Shown piece after piece: positions 33,701-45,288 of a DNA stretch of 64,000 nt. Under the pieces are notes generated by a model, which was not told the DNA's origin, made no database searches, and was given only the letters and a program-made list of their open reading frames with translations. The DNA comes from Psammoneis japonica (lineage: Eukaryota), in the NCBI GenBank assembly GCA_008632985.1, contig QPGO01000070.1:310001-374000 (forward strand), written 5' to 3'. The number at the start of each line of letters is the position of its first letter. Position 1 is the first letter of the stretch. A program made the position numbers and the translations under genes.

Positions 33701-34950
33701 AGTTACTGCACACACTTATAAACAGCCAGGAAGCGTTTTTGTTGCGTTTGGGCGTTAATTCAACAGAAATGGCGGAGTACGTGGCAACAACGGGGGTTTG
33801 CAGCGAAGTGAGAATGAATCTCCAGAAGCGGGTCGTGTTATCGTCGTTTCCGCGCCTTTTTTGTGTGGGACTTGTGGCATTTTGTAAAATGTCCCGTGCA
33901 GTGACACCCTCGCAAATTTTCAAGTGTCATACCAGGTTCTACAAGTTCACACGTAATTTTGAAATAATTATTTGAAATTTCGGCGGCAATAGCTAATAAT
34001 AACGGCTTGATGCTATCTATGGAGCTATATACGTTTATACTTTCCGTTGGGATTTGAATAGACGTCTTCTTTCTGTTCGTCTGATACTAATGTCGATATC
34101 GGATAAGCATCGGATGTTGCGCCTTTTTTCGAAGTATTAGGCAACTTAAGCCCACTAATACTTAAGTATCACGCCATTTAGAAAAATATTTATGTCAACT
34201 GACTTTGTATTTGCGAATCTTCAGTCTGTATATGTTGGATGAGAACTGGTTGTTTTTGGGCGCCACTTTGTTTGGGCGGGAAAAAATTGATTAGGCGCGC
34301 CTTTTTTGAACTCTAGAGTAGAGGCGGGAAAAATTGTTTTGTATCATGTTGAAGGTGGTGTCAACAAAGCTATACTGTAAGCCACCGTTGATCAATAGTA
34401 TCACCAGCTGGATCAACTCGAATACAATTTCGCCTACACAATATCTTGTAATACTTGTCTGCCGCGCTCTGCATCCACATCTTCTCAAGAACAGAGCTTC
34501 AACACTACTGACATCTACCCCGCGTTCTACTAGCTAGCTACTAGAGATAGTGTACAGTAGACCAGTTGGACTTACTCTGTACTCCTCCAACGCTAAAGTT
34601 CTAAACTGGTGGTAGTGTTTATCGTCGTCTACATTCTGAATCATCATGCCTTTCTCATGTGCACCGGTACGAAACTACATTCGAACGAACTCTAGCACGA
34701 GCTCCAGGACCTCGACATATTATGAACTTGCTGCTCCCTCCTGTCTTTGCAGTACCGGTAGAAGTGAGCGTCTACTGTAGACAGACTATGATTATTTTGT
34801 TATTACATTTACATGCGATGCGAACAAGAAAATCTCGAGCACCAGGATCTCGACCTAGAACTTACTGCTACTGTCTGTGGAGTAGAAGTGCGTGTCTATT
34901 GTAGCCTTTAGTACGTTTATTTTGTCAGTATCTTTCGTCCGATCCAATCT

Positions 34951-35874
34951 TTATATATGCTTTGTTTCGGTAAGAATTGATCTTGGTGATCTGTGATGGG
35001 AACCATATTTGTTGATCTTTGTGGCCGAGGTCCCTTTTAGTTGGGTTGCAACAGAGGAATTGCGAAAGTTTTGCAAGGTCCCATTTCGGCAAATCTCGCC
35101 CTGCGTAAGTACCCAGGAGTTTTGGTCTATCCGGATAGACTTTGAAATTGAGCTCAAGAGAATGTCAAGGACAGCTGTATCGTCACACGTGACAATATCC
35201 AACGCGTTACAAACACAAGCCAGAGCCAGTGTAGAGTCTTTTACGCTGACGAACTTGTGATTGCAAACTGCCAATTCAGACTGGTAACGCGCAATCTCGA
35301 AAGCCTTTTCAAACGCCTTGGGTGTCAACACCGAGCAAGGCAACAGGTCAAGAAAGTGCCTTATGAATGACATGGTAGTGGGCGGGTTCATTCGCCATTC
35401 CAGCGCATTCAGAATCTCGACTTCCATGCTCGTGATTTGATCCTCCGTATAAATTCCTTGAGACAATCTTGACACGAGGTGAGGGTCCATAGCTTCCGCT
35501 TCGAAAACCTTGATGGCGGTGTACAAGCATGTCATTGAAGCAAGCTGGAATAACTTTCTTGAGGAGAGTGCGCGTCGGCCGGGCTCGGTCACGAGGTATC
35601 TATCCAAATAGTTCATCGCGATAGCGGCAGTTTCGCGGCTCAAATGACAAAAATCGATGATATCGTAGCACCAGTGAGCCATCTTGGTCCTCCATTCGAC
35701 ATCGGTGGGCGCTTCGGAATGAAGGGGGGAGACAGACTGATGCGTCGTCTCTTGCTGGTGAAAGTAGTCTTGACATTGGTACGTAGTTTCCTCCATCTTG
35801 AGCATCACCTCAAGAGATGAGGCGGTATATTCGGAAGCAGAGCTGCTACAAGCAGCGTTTGAAGAATTGCACAT
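34951..35874 (-). CDS. Diatom-specific cyclin (dsCYC2-like), copy 1
   Basis: Cyclin box WRTKMAHWCYDIIDFCHLSRETAAIAMNYLDRYL, FQLASMTCLYTAIK, LEWRMNPPT. Confidence 0.92.
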   Translation of the reverse strand: MCNSSNAACSSSASEYTASSLEVMLKMEETTYQCQDYFHQQETTHQSVSPLHSEAPTDVEWRTKMAHWCYDIIDFCHLSRETAAIAMNYLDRYLVTEPGRRALSSRKLFQLASMTCLYTAIKVFEAEAMDPHLVSRLSQGIYTEDQITSMEVEILNALEWRMNPPTTMSFIRHFLDLLPCSVLTPKAFEKAFEIARYQSELAVCNHKFVSVKDSTLALACVCNALDIVTCDDTAVLDILLSSISKSIRIDQNSWVLTQGEICRNGTLQNFRNSSVATQLKGTSATKINKYGSHHRSPRSILTETKHI

Positions 35875-36589
35875 GGTGATGTGTGTTTTTTGAATCTCAC
35901 AAGAATACGTGGACGATGATAGCGATGTCCTTTAGCGTTTTGTGAGAAGAGACAGAGGAAACGAGAAAAATTTAATGCCGGAGAAAATGACCCACAATAA
36001 GTCTTTCTACGTCAATTTCTACGGAGAAACTGTCAAACATGAAATATTTAGAGAAAATGACTTATTTGTGAAAAATCAAAATGACAGTGACCCGATTAGA
36101 CAAGATTTCAATGTATGTTGGCCCTTGACAAATCTCGTCGATGTCATTATGACTTCTCTTCGCACCGTCGATGACCGCGAATTGATTCACATTTAACGGG
36201 AAAACAATTAAACGATGACTACTTTCTTCGTAGAAAAGTTAGTTGGATCTACGTAGAAAGAACCGGGAATGGCATTTTCGGTCATTTTGAATTATTCGTT
36301 TCAATTATGAGCTCTTGTGCTTCCGTAGCCTTGGAGTGAACCCGCTCCACCCCTTCGAAGATAGATTGTAATCGAGTGGTGATACTATCATTCATTCAGT
36401 GCCTGTTTGTGTGTCATTGTCATTGTTGAATTGTTGCACGCAGATAAACAGGGGTTTGAGAATCCGAACATTCTCTGTTCACAGAAAGGACATAATACAA
36501 AAGTATTTTGGCGAAGACGACACAACAAACAAGAGTCTCAGCTCAGTTCACAACTTTGACTTGTCATTGGTAAGATAAAATTTTTGAAT

Positions 36590-37585
36590 ATGAAGTTTTT
36601 ATGTTGTCCTTCAACTGATGCAATACCTGTTCTCGACCCCCAGAAATATTTGAAAACCATGAATTCGACCAGTCGAGCGGATTGTGATGAGCAACTCGAC
36701 GTTACGAGCATCGATGAAAAGATAACTTTATCGCCCCACAAGCGTGAAAATGAATCAGACTCTGATATACTTGGTCTCGTAAAGACCATGAACTGGACTG
36801 ACGAAAGAGAAGAGGAATCGCGCATGTTTGAAACTGCGAGGGGTCGTCATGGCTTTCGCACCCATAGGTTCAACAGCCATGAACAATATAATGAGCTCGA
36901 TTCAAAAATTAACAGTCGCTGCTCGTTTCACAATACTCAGTCCAGTCTTCCTCTGCTAGCCCCAGCACCCTCAGGTCCATTATTTCTTCCACCTCAGCCG
37001 TTGACTGTGTCGCCAACGACCCAATCGATTACAGCGAAAGACGTTGTCAAGCCAGAAAAGGAATCGACGATTGATCCGAAGGAAATGACGCTTTTCTCTG
37101 AATCGGAATGCATGCATCTCCTTTCAGAGACAGAGCCTTTCTTTGAAATCCATGGATCGAACGGGGAAGACGACAAGAACGAAGACACGGGAAGATCGGT
37201 ACCACCGATGAAAGACACGCCACCGTGCGACTTGGCCAGAGCTCTTCGACAAAGCGGTGCCTCGGTACGTGTACCGGTAGACCCTCTTCAAGTGAGGGAA
37301 CGGAGACTCAAGAGGCTCATGAAGAAATCAGCGGAATCCCTTCAAATGCTGCAAAAGTGGGACATGCAGCACGGCCTCCCAAAATCTCACTCACCCACCT
37401 GTGTCAATACGTCACGCTCACGAAAACAACTGCAAGAGGGAAAGATTCTTTCAAAATGGAACGGAAAACCTCTCATTCCACTCTGCGACCAATCGAAATC
37501 ATGTGAACCTCATCATCACGACAACACCGCACACACACCATCGTCCGCGGACGCAAAGTCCGTCAAAATGAGAAAGAAGTTGTAA
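36590..37585 (+). CDS. Hypothetical protein with a conserved-looking C-terminal motif
   Basis: ORF of about 330 aa with motif LMKKSAESLQMLQKWDMQHGLPKSHSPTCVNTSRSRKQL. The start is uncertain. Confidence 0.7.
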   Translation: MKFLCCPSTDAIPVLDPQKYLKTMNSTSRADCDEQLDVTSIDEKITLSPHKRENESDSDILGLVKTMNWTDEREEESRMFETARGRHGFRTHRFNSHEQYNELDSKINSRCSFHNTQSSLPLLAPAPSGPLFLPPQPLTVSPTTQSITAKDVVKPEKESTIDPKEMTLFSESECMHLLSETEPFFEIHGSNGEDDKNEDTGRSVPPMKDTPPCDLARALRQSGASVRVPVDPLQVRERRLKRLMKKSAESLQMLQKWDMQHGLPKSHSPTCVNTSRSRKQLQEGKILSKWNGKPLIPLCDQSKSCEPHHHDNTAHTPSSADAKSVKMRKKL

Positions 37586-37937
37586 CTGAGGCATGAGGCA
37601 TGAGGCACCCGACAACGCGACACCGGTCGCTGTACAGACGCACGCACTCATCACTCGATCGATCGATCGGTCGAAGAAGCTCGAAGAAAATTGGACGATG
37701 TGAGCTTGAGATCACTATTTGATGCAAACAAACCCAAAACTGGCTGTTGCCAGGGACTCGAGACCGTTGTACCACGAGCACTATGTGTCAATTTTCGTAC
37801 AATGCTAGGCGATGGCATGTTCAATGTTGTAGTAGAAGTGAATGTTTCATTGTAATGTAATCTATCATTCTATTTCTTAACTTTATGAATGTACAACCAA
37901 TATAAGTGTATTGCCTGTATGTAGCTTTGGAAACCGT

Positions 37938-38840
37938 TTAAGCTCTGTTGGCCACAGAACGGGGGGACCCATGAACAGATCCGCAGCCAGTCTCCACAGT
38001 CTTGGCGGACGTGATAGCCGCTGGAACCAATTGTTGGCACTTTTTGAGCGCTCCACTGTTGTAGAGGGCATTCTGTGCACTAGAAAGTTGCATTGAATCC
38101 GTGTCAATGGATGCAACCTTTGCAACAGACTCGAGATAGCTGTTCAGCGAATACTTGTTCATACCAACACATTCGAGAGCGTTGGCGACACAGGCAAAGG
38201 CAATAGTAGAGTCACGGATCTTGACAAACTCGTAATCACAAACCGCAGTCTCCGACTGGAAGCGAGCAATTTCAAGAGCGGCCTCAAGACTTTCGGGGCT
38301 CATTGCCGAGGATGGAATGAGACTGAGAAAGTGCCTGATGAACGACATGGTGGATGGCGGGTTGACCCTCCAGCCAAGAGCGTTGAGGATCTCGACTTCC
38401 ATGTCAGTGATCTGCGATTCTGTGTACATGCCACGGGACAAGTTTGAAACAAGTGCGGGATCAATAGCTTCCGGCTCGTAAATCTTGACCGCTGTGTACA
38501 GGCATGTCATGGCGGCAAGCTGGTAGTACTTTCGTGAGTAGAGTGCCCGGCTGCCCGTCGGTGTCGCGACAAAACGATCCAAGTAGCTAATGGCGATTGC
38601 TGTTGTTTCGCGGCTCAAGCTGCAAAAGTCAACAATCTGATAGCACCATTGAACCATCTTGGCACGGCAGTCAGCATCGAGGGTGGATCTGGCGTTGAGA
38701 GGAGCATTGGGTTGGTCGACCTGTTGGTGGTAGAGGTAATCTTCGCAGTGATAAGTGGATTCCTCCTGCATGCGCATTGCCTCAAGAGAAGAGACAATGT
38801 CTGCCGAGGAAGCACTGGTAGAGATGTTCAAAGAGTTCAT
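37938..38840 (-). CDS. Diatom-specific cyclin (dsCYC2-like), copy 2
   Basis: CRAKMVQWCYQIVDFCSLSRETTAIAISYLDRF, YQLAAMTCLYTAVK, LGWRVNPPST. Confidence 0.93.
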   Translation of the reverse strand: MNSLNISTSASSADIVSSLEAMRMQEESTYHCEDYLYHQQVDQPNAPLNARSTLDADCRAKMVQWCYQIVDFCSLSRETTAIAISYLDRFVATPTGSRALYSRKYYQLAAMTCLYTAVKIYEPEAIDPALVSNLSRGMYTESQITDMEVEILNALGWRVNPPSTMSFIRHFLSLIPSSAMSPESLEAALEIARFQSETAVCDYEFVKIRDSTIAFACVANALECVGMNKYSLNSYLESVAKVASIDTDSMQLSSAQNALYNSGALKKCQQLVPAAITSAKTVETGCGSVHGSPRSVANRA

Positions 38841-39052
38841 GTTGTTGATGTTGTTGTTGGATTGTATTTGCAGTGGAGGGAAAAATTATGTGCGTGTGGA
38901 TGGAAACGCGAAACAAGAAAGAAAATGATGTGGTTTCTCCGCGTTTTCGAAAACAACGTGGTCGTGAACTGACGAAAGGTCTCGACCCCAACGGTTTCCG
39001 GTACTGGAATTGGTACAGATTCTACGAGAGTAGCACGTAGGAAAATGTCAAA

Positions 39053-39494
39053 ACGTCACGGCAGCAACTGCGAGCACTTTCTTTCCGTTCCACGAAGTCT
39101 GGCAGCAAGAAACGCGATCACTTCCCGTCTTTTCGATACCGTGTTGATCCCGCGACCTCTGACACACGATTGAGATTCCGGACTCAACGGACAGCGTAAC
39201 CAATCATCATTATGGAAATACATCTACATATATAAGTTAATTCAACGTCAGCGAGAATACAGCTGCCTACGTCATCTCATATCCGCTTCTACAGCCCTTC
39301 TACGTCAGAATGGCGCGACCGACAATACGACGTCATCCATTAAAGAATCCTTTTCGTCAGCGACTCTCTTGTCGTTAAGTTCCTCTCCTGATTTATGTCA
39401 GACTGACGTTGAAAGAACTAAATGATAACGAGAAACTACCAACGTCAGTGGAATCAACGTCAGTTTTCTGATGACAAGTCGGAGAGGATGACGT
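39053..39494. promoter_or_regulatory. Cluster of nine TGACGT/ACGTCA bZIP-type sites in a divergent promoter
   Basis: Hexamers start at 39053, 39245, 39269, 39302, 39330, 39404, 39442, 39457 and 39489. Confidence 0.8.
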
Positions 39495-39575
39495 CTTCTT
39501 CTCCCAACTTGCGAACCACACCATCAATCTTCACACAATCTGTTCGACCCGCTTCCCATCAAACCCATCAAGAAA

Positions 39576-39947
39576 ATGGCGCCGACCAAGATCGTACTCC
39601 TCTCAGCCCTTGTTGCAGGTGCTTCCGCCTTTAATGCCAAGCCTTCGTTCCATGCAAAGGCTCCTGCTCTCAGCGGAGCATACGAAGACTACATGAACGC
39701 CCGTGCCGCCGAAAACGCTCCTCCCGCTCCTGCACCCGAGCCTGCTGCCCCTGCTGGTGGATCACTCTTTGAAGAATACATGGCTGCCCGTGGGCATGAT
39801 AGCTTCGGTGCCGCCGCCGCTGCCCCTGCCGCTGCCCCTGCCGCTTCCTACTCGCCCCCCGCCGGTGGACCCAAGAGTGCCAAGCCACTTCCCAAGGTTG
39901 GAAGGCAGCATCCTGGATCCTCCACCAACTACCTCAACAGCATGTAA
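39576..39947 (+). CDS. Small plastid-targeted Ala/Pro-rich protein, paralog A
   Basis: Signal peptide ending in ASAF, two Y/FE[DE]YMxxR motifs, C-terminus KPLPKVGRQHPGSSTNYLNSM. Confidence 0.8.
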   Translation: MAPTKIVLLSALVAGASAFNAKPSFHAKAPALSGAYEDYMNARAAENAPPAPAPEPAAPAGGSLFEEYMAARGHDSFGAAAAAPAAAPAASYSPPAGGPKSAKPLPKVGRQHPGSSTNYLNSM

Positions 39948-40677
39948 GGCGTTGGAAGGCCTTGTTGTAGGAATCTTCAAGTGTTACATGCTGTGGCTTG
40001 CTGTACGTTGAAAGACTCAAGACGTGACGATTCAGACTTCAAGACAAGAAAAATGTGAAGATCAACATGCTAGTTGAAATCTCACGTCAGATTTAGATGC
40101 TATGTATTTTCCTTATCAGTACTCATGTCCTACTAGAATAGCTTGTTTGCTATTGTATTGTGATGTGCACATTACAAGATTACGAGTAGACTACAACTCT
40201 AGCTACCGGTACTCTCTCTCTAGCTCTAGCTAGCTAGAGAGTAGTGGGCGTCTCTTCGTCTCTCTCCATTGCTTTCTGAGGATTGGTCCAACGCGTGCGA
40301 CGAGAAAAACTATCACATAAATTGATCAAAATGTGACTAAATTTGTATAGTCTGAAACAAGTATCGAAAACAGAATTTTCATATTATTTGTGAAATTAGT
40401 ATTCTTATATATATCAAAGCTCCTTCGTATAGTCTTTGGACTTACTATGCCAAGGATACTACAATAAAGATCATACTAGATCAGTTTTCATTCATAATAT
40501 ATGAACAAGAACGAATATGAGCAAAATGTGAGCCGTTTATGCGCTCACAAAAGCCTTCTCCAAAGATTGGCGACGCCTCTTGCGTTTTGTGTAGTTGTGT
40601 GACAGCAATTGTCCCCTCTGAAAAGCTCTCACAATACAGTCAGCTCTAACAGTCTCACCTGTTTGTATCACACGAGG

Positions 40678-41046
40678 ATGGCTCCGTTCAAAACTTTTCT
40701 TCTTTCTGCCATTGTTTCTAGTGCTTCTGCCTTCAACATGCAGCAGGCCCCCAATGAAATGGCTACGGCACTCAAAGGAGCGTACGAGGACTACATGAAA
40801 GAACGTGGCATGACCATTCAAGCCCCAGTCACTCCTGAAGAGCCTGCTGCTACTCAAGGCGGACTTTTCGAAGAATATATGGCTACCCGCGGCTACGATA
40901 CCTTCTACCATACAGATACCCATGCCGAGCCCGACACTATTGCGCCACCGGTAAACTTGCGTCGCGGACCAAAGTGCTCCAAGCCTATCCCCAAGCCTGG
41001 ACGTCAACACCCTGGGTACTCTTCAAAGTACCTCAACAGTATGTAG
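40678..41046 (+). CDS. Small plastid-targeted protein, paralog B
   Basis: ASAF presequence, GAYEDYMKER, GGLFEEYMATRG and KPIPKPGRQHPGYSSKYLNSM, collinear with paralog A. Confidence 0.8.
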   Translation: MAPFKTFLLSAIVSSASAFNMQQAPNEMATALKGAYEDYMKERGMTIQAPVTPEEPAATQGGLFEEYMATRGYDTFYHTDTHAEPDTIAPPVNLRRGPKCSKPIPKPGRQHPGYSSKYLNSM

Positions 41047-41805
41047 GGAGACAGATAAGGCGCCAGTTTTGAATTTCAAGGGATATCGACATGATGTTGC
41101 TTCGGAGGAATTTGACATTCATGACCATTCGCCCCTTTTTCGATTGTCGAGTCACGGTCAAAATACTATGGTACTCTTGAGATACAACTAGAAATGACAA
41201 AATAGAAACAACGCTATGGATATTACATGCGTGCCAGTGTTGCGTTTTACAAACTTAGCTCGAATGGTGAGCGTCATAAACGGGATTGTTATCTCACCCG
41301 ATGTTGTAGCTCACGGTTGCTTCATCGGCTTGCCTCCGATACGTCGCACCACGATGCCGAGCACGCTGGGTGCTACTGTGTGACACAAGCATGATCGAGT
41401 CCATCAGAAGCGTCTTTGCGATCTTATTGCCATTACACACACGCAGCCTAGAGTGTTTAGAAACAGTGAGAAGACACCATACTACAACTTACCCGACCAT
41501 CACACCCTCCAAAACAACCCTAAAGACTGCCAAACTCCCCAACAAAATCAGTCCCGGCGGCAGAAATCATTCAAAAAAATATTGCCGGCAAAGACAACAC
41601 GCGCACACAACACCCAATTCCCTTATTCAATGAAATCTTCACAACCTCAATTCTTGTTTCTATTACGCATTTCTTTAGTATTAGAACAACGTTTTTTAAT
41701 AAAAATAGGAAAAAATAGATACGGTATCTTGCGCGGCGCCGCTGTCAAAACTTGCATCCGACATCAGCCAGCAGAAGGTTGTAATGTTGTGACGACTTGT
41801 TCACC

Positions 41806-42765
41806 ATGACCGACCCTGCATCTCGAGGAATCTTCACAGCCGCCTTGGCAGTCACGGTTGTAGTTGCTGGGAGCTACTTGTACAAGTCGGCTCGCACGAC
41901 CCAATATCCGTCGAGGAAAAGAATGAGGAAACGCGAGCAGCCGCTGCAAGCGAAACCTGGGAATCACACGTTCAAAAGCATGGTCCTCTTGTTCAAGTTT
42001 GGCCCGATACATTGTATGTTTTGGAAGCGTCGGGTTGTGGCAATGGACCGCCGGTGCGAAACATGATTTTATACAAGACACCACAAGACGATCGATTGGT
42101 CATTTACAATGGAATCGCCGTGAATGAAGCAACCATGACACAAATCCAAGGTCTCGGAACTCCATCTGTGTTGGTGGTTCCAAATCAATACCATCGTTGT
42201 TGTGCCGCCATATGGAAAGCAAGATTTCCAGATATGCTAGTGGTTTGTCCCGCCGTTGCACAAGACGCTGTGAATCAAGTCGTTCAAGTGAATTTCACCA
42301 TGGAGGAATGGGCAGAGCAAGAGGAGTGGTCAAAGTGGATTCATACCCGCACCATTAATGGTTGGGGTGGTTACGAGACATTGATGGAAGTAGTTTGACC
42401 AAATCGGATAGTCCCGAGCAAAAGAAAGCTCTTGTCGTGTGCGATACACTCTTTGCCATGCCGTACAAACCAAACGAAGGACGAATGGAACGCATGGTTA
42501 ACGGTTTGTTTGACTGCCAAGTTGAGATACCCAAAGACAAAAACACCATCATTATCCCAAAGGTGGCTCGTATCTCTCGTATATTTGCAATCAAGGATTG
42601 GGCAAGGCGGAAGAGTGGTTTCGCACGTATGCACGTGAGCACGGCCCAGCCATTGGAGCAATCATGGTGGGACACGGCCTGCCGATTGTCCAAGTGGATC
42701 CAAAGGAGGGTTGCACAAGGGCCTTGGAGGGCGTTGCAGATCAATTGACTAAAGCTCGGTGGTGA
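41806..42765 (+). CDS. Membrane-anchored DUF4336-like/metallo-hydrolase-fold protein with about 3 frameshifts (assembly error or pseudogene)
   Basis: N-terminal TM helix, RNMILYK, LVVPNQYHR..WKARFP, LVVCDTLF and IMVGHG occur in successive frames. Confidence 0.5.
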
Positions 42766-43032
42766 AGGTTTCATACCGATACTTGCATGTTAATCTGTTC
42801 TTCTTGTCAAGAGTGCGTAGGCCAAACAGCAAAGATATCGTGTAGTTGGGAACAAGAAGAAGTGATATTAATGGTGCTTCTTGAATAAGTTTCATCTAAA
42901 GAAAATTTTGTTTCTTTTCTTCTGCGTGATTCTTTTGAATAATCTTCGTACCAACTCCCACCCTGTAGCAACAATCACTTTCTAGTTTCTTCCTCAATAT
43001 GCCTCGTTGCTTTCTCTATATGTATGAATTGA

Positions 43033-43652
43033 CTAATCTGCGTAATCGCTAAACATATCAAGTTCCTCTGTTTTTTTCTCTGACGGAACTTCCACCTTGG
43101 TGGGTGCTTTCTCTGCAACAGCCTTTGCCATTTCTGCTAGTGGCGTATCATCACTCCTGATCCCCTCATTGGCATTCTTGACCTTTTGCAGCATATCTTG
43201 CATTTTCTTCTGTTCTTCCTCAGACAGATTCTCCCAAAAGTCTTTATTGTCATCGCCTTGTCTGTACGAGTCGGCAACAATCTCGGCATAATTGTTTTTC
43301 GATTCGAGAATACCACCCACAATCAAAGCCGACAAGACACCACCAAACATGACCAGAATGCCCCCCGCAAAAATGGTGCAAACTCATTGTCACTTAGCTT
43401 GGCAATATCGGCATCCACTGTAGACAACCACATGCTCGATGCGAACGCGTCGGTGAAGGACGACCCGTCCATCATGTTTCGTGCCGTCGTAGTACTACGA
43501 GTGCCAGAATGCGTGAGCTCTCGAGTAGTGGGATTAGGTTGGATCCAAGAAGAGGTTTGCCGCGCACCACGCTGACTTGCAGTGGGAACAAACGCACCAT
43601 TGGCACATCCAAGAAGAAGAAACACGTTAAAGATGGAAGTGAGGGGCGCCAT
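43033..43652 (-). CDS. Hypothetical plastid-targeted single-TM protein with a 1-nt frameshift near 43370
   Basis: Signal peptide ending in NGAFVP. One added base restores DNEFAPIFAGGILVMFGGVLSALIVG. C-terminus DMFSDYAD. Confidence 0.7.
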
Positions 43653-44327
43653 GGTAGTAGTACTCGTCCCGTAGACAACAAAGAGGGTGTCAAACGTTCT
43701 TGGTTGCTGCGTCGATCGGATCGAGAAAAAAATGAGGAAACTTCAAGTCACACGTGTCACGACGAGTTGCGCGCGCTTTTCATCGTTGGTCGCGCAAAGC
43801 CAATCTGAAATCGTCTCAGCGATAGCATGTCCCTCCGTGCCTGGTACTCCTATTTTCTTTTTGTGTTGCCGTTGGAGGATAATACGATTGTGACCCCTCT
43901 AGTAGATAGTGACACAAATGTATCTGTGACATCTTCAGAAGTGATTTGTTCATAGTTGTGTCTAAGTATGCAAATAGATATTCTGTGGTCTGATCATGGG
44001 ACACTACTTTTGATCCTTAGCCTCCCCCAACGTCTACAAGAGCGGAAGGAATCCACACATTCTTGTCATCAAAGACATACCGGAGTATTCAAGTCTTCAA
44101 GTCATTCAGAGGTGGTTCCTTCCCGTTCAAAAAGCGTCAGGGCAAGACTAAGCGGAATATTCACGTTTCCTTGTCATTGGAGATGATTCAGTTGTGTAAT
44201 AAACACCTCCAAGTCATTCAGGATTCGCGTCGCTTCCTGCATATAAAAATCACTTTCTCAGACTCCCAAATATGCGCGCAATCTATCGTCTCTTTTCCGA
44301 GGAGCACCGGGCTCCTCGGCCTCCCTG

Positions 44328-45288
44328 TCATCCTCGTGATGCAGTGGGGTTGCGTTTTTCGTCAGGTTGTTCGTCTTCCTCTTCTTCCGACTGCTCTTGC
44401 ATTTCCTCAACAATGTCGTCATATTTTTCCTTCATTTTCCAAGTACAATTCCCATTGTTGCAGATAGACATTGCGTTCTTTTCATCGTCAGAAGACCAAT
44501 TCTCGTCCGAGGTTTCACCATCCGATGCCCCGACAGCGGCAGCTTCCATTTCTCTATTGATTCGCTCTGTCTCTCGCCGGGCCCTATCTGTCGCTTTGCG
44601 CATACTCCACTGACCAAAGGGTTCCCAACCTTTCCTGCATCCATGTTGTTCAATCACAGCTCTTCGCATATCAGAATGACATCGGCATCCAAACATACGC
44701 ACAACCTTTACCTTCGCAGACCCGTCCTCTTGTTTGACAATTTTGAACGAAAACGGAGCATACTTTTTCTTACAAACAGGAATTCCCAAGGTTTCCCTAC
44801 CCGTCCACTGACGAAAGTCATCCCCCCAACGGCTATTGACCGCCTGGATTGCTCTTCCCTGGAGCGTATCCGAAGCAGCTGACTTCATAAACATGGACCC
44901 ACCATACAACTCTCCACCAATTCCCACAGGGTAGCCGCATACGAATCCCAGAGGTACTCTACGAACGAGTAGAAAAAATTGAAAATGTGAGCGTAATCAC
45001 GTCAAAACGCGAACGATTTGAATCGTGCGATCGAAATTCAACGTTTATAAAAATTCAAAAACTCCGTTATTCAAATTGAATAAGCATTTCCATTTTCGTA
45101 TTCAAGTCACTCACCTCTCCGGAATTGCGGATGCAGCAACGTGAGATCAGTCGCTCGGAAGGACTCCAAAGTCCTTGCCGTATATCTTTTCGTCATCCAA
45201 TCTCCTGGCATTCTGTCGATTGGAGCGTCTTGGACCACCAAGGTCCGCAATGACGGATGCCTTGCGCTTGGAACGACGCTTCACCATG
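44328..45288 (-). CDS. Hypothetical protein with acidic C-terminus, probably 2 exons
   Basis: 199-aa ORF plus an upstream segment ending at a GTGAGT donor near 45115. The upstream exon appears frameshifted. Confidence 0.45.
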
